A stretch of 64,000 nt of DNA from a virus (lineage: Duplodnaviria > Caudoviricetes). Below the pieces are notes generated by a model. It saw only the letters and a program-made list of their open reading frames with translations, was not told where the DNA came from and made no database searches. The position numbers were made by a program, and so were the translations under genes. The stretch covers positions 1 through 64,000 of the IMG/VR virus record IMGVR_UViG_2910942425_000008; one strand, given 5' to 3'. Positions 57,125 through 64,000 of the stretch are shown piece after piece (within the stretch, counting starts at the first letter, position 1; every line of letters starts with the position of its first letter).

Positions 57125-57967
57125 TCAATATTTAACTTTAATAATATAGGCCAATACATAATATTCGGGCCGAATGTCTATTTCTTCACCGCCTCCTACA
57201 GCTTCAGTTTGCGCTGTATATCCCGCTGAACCTGTTGCGTCCGGGAAAGGACGACTGTTTGCATTGTCACCCCACTTGTTTTCGGTAAATTTGATGCCGT
57301 GTGCGTGGTTTGGCATTTGTTCTATGCTTAGTGTAATCTTTGAATTTCCTCCACTTTTGCCAATAGAATCATAATCCGTTTTAGTAGAATCATAGCCTGT
57401 AATAAACATGTGACGTAAATCGGGCAACGTAAAGCTTTCTTCATTCTCCTTGCCATAAAACCAGGCTAAATCGGGATATTCAGAAGTTTTCATTATACGA
57501 CCATCAGCCAGCATGTAATTATCAGGGATGCGATCCAGCCTGCCAGTCCAGTCAATTTTCATGCCTGGCGGTTCACCTCTTACCTGTGATATCTTTGTTT
57601 CCAGTTCCTGATTGGTTAATACCTGTTTAAAGTCAGCCCAATTGTACTGGCCTTCATTAGCAAATACGGCAACCCGATCAATATATGCTTCCGGATATGT
57701 TTCATCAAAGGCCTCAAGTGTTGTTTTGGTTTCCTGGATAGTGATCTTGCTTTTCTTCGCACCTCCCTGAAACGGTAAGATCTCACCATTGATTACGATC
57801 ATACCCGGCGCAACATTTGAACCATCATCCGCACACCCTGATAATATATAGTTTGCACCACCTAACAATGCCAAAGCTGCAACCATATATGTTGCATTCT
57901 GTAGCCTGTCAAGATCATCAGAGGCTGCAGGAAAATCATCTTTTGCTAAAAAATTAGTCTTATCCAT
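57125..57967 (-). CDS. Tail fibre with collar domain
   Basis: IPDNYMLADG...FTLPDLR...LSIEQMPNHAH...RPEYYVLAYII. Confidence 0.8.
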   Translation of the reverse strand: MDKTNFLAKDDFPAASDDLDRLQNATYMVAALALLGGANYILSGCADDGSNVAPGMIVINGEILPFQGGAKKSKITIQETKTTLEAFDETYPEAYIDRVAVFANEGQYNWADFKQVLTNQELETKISQVRGEPPGMKIDWTGRLDRIPDNYMLADGRIMKTSEYPDLAWFYGKENEESFTLPDLRHMFITGYDSTKTDYDSIGKSGGNSKITLSIEQMPNHAHGIKFTENKWGDNANSRPFPDATGSAGYTAQTEAVGGGEEIDIRPEYYVLAYIIKVKY

Positions 57968-58457
57968 TTGTTATAATATATGTTTTAGAAGCCAGTTTAT
58001 TCTGATTTATCAATGCGCGCATATAGGTTTCTTCATTTTCAGAAAGCGTAAAACCAACAGGCAATACAATTTCAAAATCTGGGTTCTCAGTGCCTATAAA
58101 CCCTTTCCTACTCATTAGCCTGGGTACAAATCCGGGTGAAGACCTTTTATACAATCGTACAGGTTTATTGGTGTTTCTTTTCCAAAACAAAAAGGCATCT
58201 TCATCCAGTGCTGCCTGCCTGATCCTGATTCGTCTTTCCAGTGGATCGAAATTGTCATTAATAAGGCCCTGCAGGTAACATACCTGGGAATAAGTCCCAA
58301 TATCAAGTGATTCCCTGTATTCATTAAACTCATCATTCATATTATCCAAAGGTTGCATTATAGCCCTTATAAAAGCTGAAGCAATTGGCTGCCTTAAAAA
58401 TGTAGGAAGCAGCAACACACCTATACGTGAATAATTGATGTTGTAATAGTTACTCAT
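57960..58457 (-). CDS. Baseplate wedge (gp48/I-like)
   Basis: LLPTFLRQP...QVCYLQGLINDNFD. Confidence 0.65.
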   Translation of the reverse strand: MSNYYNINYSRIGVLLLPTFLRQPIASAFIRAIMQPLDNMNDEFNEYRESLDIGTYSQVCYLQGLINDNFDPLERRIRIRQAALDEDAFLFWKRNTNKPVRLYKRSSPGFVPRLMSRKGFIGTENPDFEIVLPVGFTLSENEETYMRALINQNKLASKTYIITNG

Positions 58458-59310
58458 AAGGAATATACTTTAGGATCAGGTTTGCATCCGAAATAGTATA
58501 ATAGCCTGCATGTGCTATTTCAATAGCGTCTATTTCTTTAAAATCGGTATAAACACCATACCTGGATGATGCTTTTTTCAGTTCTGGCAGTTCCACACCA
58601 TCAACAGCCTGTACAGCATCTACCAGCTTCACATTGGCATACCTGCTGTTAAAAATCAGGTTGTGCACATAGTTGCGGATAGCATCAGGCACAGGTGTAT
58701 CATTCGTGCCGTCCAGGCGTTTACCATTCTTATCCAGTACCAACGGATTGTAATACACATCCATTTCAACACGCATTTCATCTGCAGGATCATTAATGAA
58801 CTTAATCTTAACACCTGCATCCTGGATTTTAAGAATATAAGCTTTGAAAGCAGCAAACACTTCATCGGGCAACGGTTGCTTCACGCCATTTACCTCAGTT
58901 GCGGTCTTTATGTATAAGATACTTTTATTCATTGGGCTTACTGCAGCAGCGAACTTAACCACCCGTGAAGCTTCAATTTGTTCTTCAGTAAGCCCTGAAT
59001 TATCATAAGCATCTGTGTCGCCTGCCAGCTCGTAACCATACTGGAACAATAAAGCCATCATAGTGTACCATCCAGTACTGTGTACCTTTTCGTCTTTCAG
59101 CTTCCTGTCAATATCCGTTGTATGCTGGGTGTATGTCTGGTAATTTACATACATGGCAACAGCAGCATTAAAAAACATAATCCTCTCGATAGAAGCTGCA
59201 GAAAATTGCTCATCAAAGGTTTTGCCTTCTGTCAGTCCATATCTGGCAATCACTTCAGGATCGCTTATATAGGCATCAGTCATTATTTTATATATGTCAT
59301 TTACTGTCAT
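58450..59310 (-). CDS. Baseplate J-like protein
   Basis: WYTMMALLFQYG...IQDAGV...FNSRY pattern; position. Confidence 0.7.
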   Translation of the reverse strand: MTVNDIYKIMTDAYISDPEVIARYGLTEGKTFDEQFSAASIERIMFFNAAVAMYVNYQTYTQHTTDIDRKLKDEKVHSTGWYTMMALLFQYGYELAGDTDAYDNSGLTEEQIEASRVVKFAAAVSPMNKSILYIKTATEVNGVKQPLPDEVFAAFKAYILKIQDAGVKIKFINDPADEMRVEMDVYYNPLVLDKNGKRLDGTNDTPVPDAIRNYVHNLIFNSRYANVKLVDAVQAVDGVELPELKKASSRYGVYTDFKEIDAIEIAHAGYYTISDANLILKYIPYE

Positions 59311-59593
59311 CAGATACTATAAAGTCTTTTTCAATTGCCATATTCCCGATACCTCTCAATCTTATTTCACCGGGGTTTGATGAATAAGTTGTGGGTTTCA
59401 GATTCTTTAATTTGTAATATTCTGTAAATCGCCTGTTTAAGATGGAAGTATTTTCAAGTGAAGTATTAGCCGATACTTCACCCGAAATACTTATATCATT
59501 TGCTACAGATAAAGCAAAGGCAGCTTCAGCAGAACCTGATTGCTGAATTGCAATATCAAACAAACTTTGTCCATCTAAAACAATCGTTTCCAT
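59297..59593 (-). CDS. LysM/tail-X-like baseplate protein
   Basis: GQSLFDIAIQQSGS motif. Confidence 0.7.
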   Translation of the reverse strand: METIVLDGQSLFDIAIQQSGSAEAAFALSVANDISISGEVSANTSLENTSILNRRFTEYYKLKNLKPTTYSSNPGEIRLRGIGNMAIEKDFIVSDDSK

Positions 59594-60063
59594 TTCAAAA
59601 CCAATACTATTAAACCAATACCTATAACAGCCATAAATATTTTACCGAACCACCCGCAAACGATCTGCCAATCGGTTTGCTTATATACAATCACTTCTTT
59701 CACCACTTCCACCGGAACATCCTGATATATGTACCTGTCTTTGCCCGGTATATAAATTGTATCGGGCGGCTGGTACATTTTATATTGCAGGAAACCATTG
59801 TTGAAAAAGAAGCTGCTTTGCCAGCCTTTTGCTTTCAGTTCTTTCAGTTCCTTCAGTTGCACCTGGTTCAGGCTGTCACATTCAAACAGGGCTTCGATTG
59901 CGGCACTATCAGGCGGTAAAGCGTATGGCACAAGTTTCTCGACTTCTTTTTCAATGGTTTTTATCTCTACCTGTGTTTGTGGCTGTTGTGTTTTGCAGCT
60001 AACAGCCAAAGCCAGTACTGAACCTATGAAGGCTATTTTTAAAGTTGTTTTAAAGTTTTTCAT
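59575..60063 (-). CDS. Unimolecular spanin-like lipoprotein
   Basis: LAVSC lipobox plus C-terminal TM helix; start moved to MKNFK. Confidence 0.65.
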   Translation of the reverse strand: MKNFKTTLKIAFIGSVLALAVSCKTQQPQTQVEIKTIEKEVEKLVPYALPPDSAAIEALFECDSLNQVQLKELKELKAKGWQSSFFFNNGFLQYKMYQPPDTIYIPGKDRYIYQDVPVEVVKEVIVYKQTDWQIVCGWFGKIFMAVIGIGLIVLVLKWKRLF

Positions 60064-60463
60064 CGTTGTATTCTTTTTGTACGTCAAAACATGGGCAGGC
60101 CTTATTTGCAAATTCATAATGTCCGTGAATCGTAGCATCCGGCAAAAAAGCTTTCAAGCCGGATATAAGCGCAGCCATTGCTGCTATTTGTTCCGGTGTG
60201 CGTGTATCTTTCGGGTTGCCGTTAGCATCTAAGCCCCCGATGTAGCAGATGCCGATGCTGCCAGCGTTATGCCCTGCAACGTGTGCGCCTATTTCGGATA
60301 TATCGCGGCCTTTGTGTACAGTGCCATCCAGATAGATGACAAAGTGATAACCGATTGTCCTGAAACCTCGCGCCTTGTGCCACCGGGTGATATCTTCTAC
60401 GGTGAAGCTTTGCCCTTCTTGTGTCGCCGAACAATGCAGGATTATGTTATTTATCTTTCTCAT
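60050..60463 (-). CDS. N-acetylmuramoyl-L-alanine amidase (T7-lysozyme-like endolysin)
   Basis: IILHCSAT, IGYHF, GAHVAGHN, KACPCF. Confidence 0.92.
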   Translation of the reverse strand: MRKINNIILHCSATQEGQSFTVEDITRWHKARGFRTIGYHFVIYLDGTVHKGRDISEIGAHVAGHNAGSIGICYIGGLDANGNPKDTRTPEQIAAMAALISGLKAFLPDATIHGHYEFANKACPCFDVQKEYNDEKL

Positions 60464-60896
60464 TGTTATCTGCCTTTTTCAAATATTCATCAATGGCTTT
60501 GATAAAATCTTCCCTGCTGGATAATATTGCAGTTACATCTTTTGCCCCGCCGGCAATCCGTTTCCGTTCCTTTTCATCAGCACGTTCAAAAACCGACTTG
60601 CCTTCAATCACCAAGACAAACAGGCAAAACAGAATAGAAAATATTGGTATCGATACCATTTCCGAACCATAAATTGTGATATCTATCATACCTCCGAAAG
60701 CCATCAGGGCAAGATATAGCAGCAATTTTGGCACACTGCGTTTCAATCCGTCTGAAGTGATCAGGTAACGCAGGCTTTTGGCCTTATACAGCCCTGCCAT
60801 CAGGTCAATGAAAACTGCGATGATTACAAATAGCCAAAGAAGCATTACAAGCTTCGATTTTGGCAGATACTGATCTATGTGTATTAAAAAGTCCAT
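60447..60896 (-). CDS. Holin
   Basis: TM segments; IDLMAG...TSDGLKRS; related to 49877-50389. Confidence 0.8.
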   Translation of the reverse strand: MDFLIHIDQYLPKSKLVMLLWLFVIIAVFIDLMAGLYKAKSLRYLITSDGLKRSVPKLLLYLALMAFGGMIDITIYGSEMVSIPIFSILFCLFVLVIEGKSVFERADEKERKRIAGGAKDVTAILSSREDFIKAIDEYLKKADNNEKDK

Positions 60897-60899
60897 ATA

Positions 60900-61220
60900 T
60901 TAAATGTCGATTGTGAATTTTGAAATATCATTGCCTGTGATCCTGATTTGAGCTTTGATGCCATCGGATGACAATTCAGATTTCAATTCTGTTATAAATT
61001 TTTGCTTTTCGTGTGCTGATATGGTTTTCTTCAGGTAGTTATCAATACCTAAACCAAGCGTTGGCACTTGTTTAAATTCACCTTTTTGCGCAATGATGAT
61101 AAACTTGCAACGCTGGTAATCGATATTACCAAGCACAAGGCCTTGTGTGATCAGCCCGTTGCTGTCTCTTTTCACAGCTACCTGCAGATCGTAATTTTCG
61201 TCAACTAATATGCCTGTCAT
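60900..61220 (-). CDS. Baseplate wedge (gp25/W-like)
   Basis: KGEFKQVPTLGLGI motif; position. Confidence 0.6.
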   Translation of the reverse strand: MTGILVDENYDLQVAVKRDSNGLITQGLVLGNIDYQRCKFIIIAQKGEFKQVPTLGLGIDNYLKKTISAHEKQKFITELKSELSSDGIKAQIRITGNDISKFTIDI

Positions 61221-61762
61221 TGTTTTATCTTTTCGTTTTCAAACATCTTTACTGAAGGTGAAGGTGTTATTGGATTAAAGATTAAACCAAGCGGTGAACC
61301 GTTACCCGCTACCAGGTGTGTAGATAAGAGGTCCTTCAATGTTTGTAAGTCAGTGTATAGCTTTACCATCCAATCAACCATATTAACAATCTTCACTAAA
61401 CCTTGATTCTTACCATCATTGAAAACAAAACCTTCTTTATCCATTATAAGAGTTTGTTCACCGATCTTGATTTTAACCTTTTCAACCTCTGAACATTTGA
61501 CAATCACTGCTTCAGTTTTCAGATTCTCTACAATAGCTACCAGCACGTTGCTACCCACTTCCGGATATACTGTTACATAGCTTTGCAGATCATCATCAAT
61601 AGCATTCAGCAATACATCATACAGGGTGGGCGCTTCATCACGTTCTACCGTGCATGTTGTTTCGGTCACCTCTGTAACCACACCCCAACACACTGTTTTT
61701 ATCTGCATCTTACCAGCCTGTGATTTTATTGCCTGCTCGATTGTTTGTTCCAGTTGTCCCAT
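61217..61762 (-). CDS. Baseplate spike (gp45/V-like)
   Basis: YPEVGSNVLV...FNDGKNQGLVKI. Confidence 0.65.
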   Translation of the reverse strand: MGQLEQTIEQAIKSQAGKMQIKTVCWGVVTEVTETTCTVERDEAPTLYDVLLNAIDDDLQSYVTVYPEVGSNVLVAIVENLKTEAVIVKCSEVEKVKIKIGEQTLIMDKEGFVFNDGKNQGLVKIVNMVDWMVKLYTDLQTLKDLLSTHLVAGNGSPLGLIFNPITPSPSVKMFENEKIKQ

Positions 61763-61855
61763 TTATATACTTTAATACCGCTTTAAAATCGTTTAATTTC
61801 AATTTTACACCTGTAAGCCGTATGTTTTATCAATCACACAGTTTTAAGCCTTAAA

Positions 61856-63034
61856 TCAATTTGAAAATGTGCCAATATGAGAATGTGCCAATTGACGCAA
61901 AGCGACAATATTGTTAGCTAATTAGCACATTAGATTTTATAGCTTAATGTATTCTTCCTGGAAAAGCCGGATGAATCGCTATAATTAATATTTACTTTTT
62001 CTATCAGGTATTTGCCGGCGCGATCAGGTTCCAGGCTATCGCGTATTTCAAGTGCATCACCAGCGTGTGTGCGTGGCAAACCAAAGCCTGTAATATCCCC
62101 GGTATAGCCATCATAGACCGTTTTTGCCATCACTGCGTTGGCACGTTCACGAAGTTCTGCTTCAGTCATTGGCCCGGCAAAGTTCAGCGTGCGTTCTGAT
62201 GCATCTTTTTCCTTATTACCCACTATAACGGTTGTTTTTTTACCATTCGGATTGTTGGATATCGCTTTATACCTTACTTTAAAATCTTCTTTTCGCTTGA
62301 ATTTCAGATCGTTCTTTTTTACATTAGCCAGGTACATATTATCAGCTGGAGCATTGATGGTGTAAATATGCGTGTCTGTTTTTTCACCAAACTCATAAGC
62401 CAGGCCAACCTTCAAGATACCTTCCTGCAGCCTGCTGTATAATCCGTAATGCTTCATCAAGTCCTGAAGCACGGCAAAGGCACTGGCATTATCTATCTGG
62501 TATTTGCCGATCCTTACATCAGGACAATCAAATTTTATTGATGATGGTATAATATCAGTCAGTACCTGTTTTAGTGTTGCATCCTTATAGCTTTTCACAT
62601 AATTGGTTTGTCGCAAAGGATAGGTTTCATCATCACAGTGAATAATCAGCGGTATATCGCTTTCTATCTCGCGGATGTAGCCGGTAAATTCACGCGCAAG
62701 CACACCATCATAACCGGCATCAATTGTGACTTTATCACCAGCCTTGATTTGTTCCAGGATTGATTTGCCTTCCAGTTTTACATAGTTGCGTGGTATGGTG
62801 ATTTGAGCCGTATTACTCATTTCAAGTATGTTCTCGTCAATGTCAAAAGCATTGACGTTTTTTAGAGAAACATTACCAAGCTGTACTTGTGCTGTCATAT
62901 TCATAAATAGTAACATAGCACTGATTATTAAAATTAAATTCTTCATTTTTTAATTTGTAAATTAGCTAATTAGCATATTCGTAAATAACTTGTTGTTTTG
63001 CGCCAATTGGCACATTGGCATATTTTCAAATTGA
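61856..63034. repeat. REP-like palindromic elements in inverted arrangement around the hub gene
   Basis: TCAATTTGAAAATGTGCCAAT 61856-61876 vs reverse complement of 63014-63034 (20/21); TTAGCTAATTAGCA on both sides. Confidence 0.75.
61930..62946 (-). CDS. Baseplate hub (Mu gp44/P2 gpD-like)
   Basis: IDAGYDG...EFTGYI...YDGYTGDITGFGLP...GKYLIEKV. Confidence 0.8.
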   Translation of the reverse strand: MKNLILIISAMLLFMNMTAQVQLGNVSLKNVNAFDIDENILEMSNTAQITIPRNYVKLEGKSILEQIKAGDKVTIDAGYDGVLAREFTGYIREIESDIPLIIHCDDETYPLRQTNYVKSYKDATLKQVLTDIIPSSIKFDCPDVRIGKYQIDNASAFAVLQDLMKHYGLYSRLQEGILKVGLAYEFGEKTDTHIYTINAPADNMYLANVKKNDLKFKRKEDFKVRYKAISNNPNGKKTTVIVGNKEKDASERTLNFAGPMTEAELRERANAVMAKTVYDGYTGDITGFGLPRTHAGDALEIRDSLEPDRAGKYLIEKVNINYSDSSGFSRKNTLSYKI

Positions 63035-63643
63035 CTAATTCTCATTGATTAATTGATATTCTATTGATTTGGTTGCCCTTGCTGTAATATTGTATGCAAT
63101 GGTATCTTCGTATCCTTCTACAAATTCGATATCCAAATCCTGAATCACGATGGAATCGACACGCACAGCCGATAGTATTTCACTATCTACCTTCCAGATG
63201 CTGTTTACTTCGAATATGTCATTAAGCGTTTCCAGCTTATCAAGTGGAAAGCAGTGTTCTTCCATATCTATCAGCAATCCTCGCATCGTTATCTGGTAAG
63301 GCTCTGTACTGAACCGCTCGATAACCTCAATATCGCTGTTGTCAACAGGCGTAATGATTAGTCTTTTACTCCTTTTCAGGCTGATAACCGGAGGCGTGGC
63401 AAATACTTCACTGTATTCTTCAGCCAGTTCGCGGTAAGCAAACAGATATTCTTTGGAATTGTTTCTTAACGTCACGGCATCAAAGTGGGTGTTATTGTCA
63501 AACGCATACACCGATGCCTGAAAATTAGTATCATGCCTTTGCTTGATTGCCCTGTCGAAACCAGCTTCGATAAGTGCATTGCTGATGTGTCCTGGTGTGA
63601 AACCAAACGCAGCCTGATACCTGCCTGAAAAATCGAAATTCAT
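63035..63643 (-). CDS. DUF6046-like tail tube initiator
   Basis: LIITPV...EPYQITMRG pattern; upstream of the hub gene. Confidence 0.6.
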   Translation of the reverse strand: MNFDFSGRYQAAFGFTPGHISNALIEAGFDRAIKQRHDTNFQASVYAFDNNTHFDAVTLRNNSKEYLFAYRELAEEYSEVFATPPVISLKRSKRLIITPVDNSDIEVIERFSTEPYQITMRGLLIDMEEHCFPLDKLETLNDIFEVNSIWKVDSEILSAVRVDSIVIQDLDIEFVEGYEDTIAYNITARATKSIEYQLINEN

Positions 63644-63861
63644 AACCTTATACCTCTTAAAAAGCCTTCGTTACCTAACCATTGTAATTCTTTCCACCGT
63701 TTTACATATTCAAAATCATCCAGCATATCGGGATTCTCTTTGAAATAAAAGCGTATCATTGCATCCAACATAGCAAAGAACTGATCGTCTTTACCTTCCT
63801 GTAAGCAACTTTCTAAATCCTCAATTTTGGGAATGTCAGAAAGTTGCGTTAGCAGTTTTTT
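63640..63861 (-). CDS. Tail chaperone T-frame extension (GT) reached by -1 frameshift
   Basis: Open -1 frame (KKLLTQ...MIRFYFKENPD...RWKELQW) after slippery A_AAA_AAC at 63855-63861. Confidence 0.7.
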   Translation of the reverse strand, partial: KKLLTQLSDIPKIEDLESCLQEGKDDQFFAMLDAMIRFYFKENPDMLDDFEYVKRWKELQWLGNEGFLRGIRL

Positions 63862-64000
63862 ACTACTGCACGTCTTACAGGGATGAGTTCGGCGATACCA
63901 GATAAAGCACCGTTAAATAAACCGTCATCAGCAACGACAATATCTTTATGCGAAAGCAGGCACGCCTTTACCAGAAGCTCATCAGCCCTTTTAGGGTCAA
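63849..64000 (-). CDS. Tail assembly chaperone G, C-terminal part (partial)
   Basis: Hand-translated ...DELLVKACLL...VVKNC-stop, ending just after the slippery site. Confidence 0.7.
   Translation of the reverse strand, partial: DPKRADELLVKACLLSHKDIVVADDGLFNGALSGIAELIPVRRAVVKNC

Larger units (their letters stand above)
56558..64000 (-). mobile_element. Second prophage: contractile-tail (Mu/P2-like) tail, baseplate and lysis module, continuing past the window end
   Basis: Tail chaperone with frameshift, DUF6046-like, gp44/D-like hub, spike, wedge, LysM-like, baseplate J-like and tail-collar fibre genes, plus a second holin/amidase/spanin set. Confidence 0.8.

Noticed and set aside
50798-59310. 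Remote VR in tail-fibre genes
   Set aside because: No CTCCTGCGGCCTTC...TCCCRCCT match seen by eye; an exhaustive alignment was not possible.

Overview
The whole 64 kb is phage DNA of Bacteroidales type (AT-rich, TAnnTTTG promoter boxes). Positions 1-56716 hold a full gene set for a temperate siphophage of about 56.6 kb: packaging, head, tail, replication/recombination, three DNA-modification modules, immunity, integrase and lysis. It appears circularly permuted. An attP-like site with arm repeats on both sides lies inside it (about 47.6 kb), and its two ends are copies of a >=159-bp repeat within a CotH-kinase tail-fibre gene (1-159 and 56558-56716, 152/159 identical). Beyond that repeat, 56558-64000 is the tail, baseplate and lysis block of a second, contractile-tail prophage. 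The main signals are: (1) a complete diversity-generating retroelement (RT, 77-bp TR, two VRs differing from TR only at adenines) whose targets are two small paralogous early-operon proteins rather than tail fibres, with no avd gene at the locus; (2) a cas-less mini CRISPR array (two identical 36-bp repeats, one 30-bp spacer) resembling type VI-B/Cas13b repeats; (3) a C5 methyltransferase whose motif IX lies in a nested out-of-frame gene; (4) an ASCH, peptide, PAPS-reductase, ParB cassette directly upstream of the small terminase; (5) the phage-phage junction through the shared CotH module. All family assignments come from motifs recognised by eye; no database searches were run.
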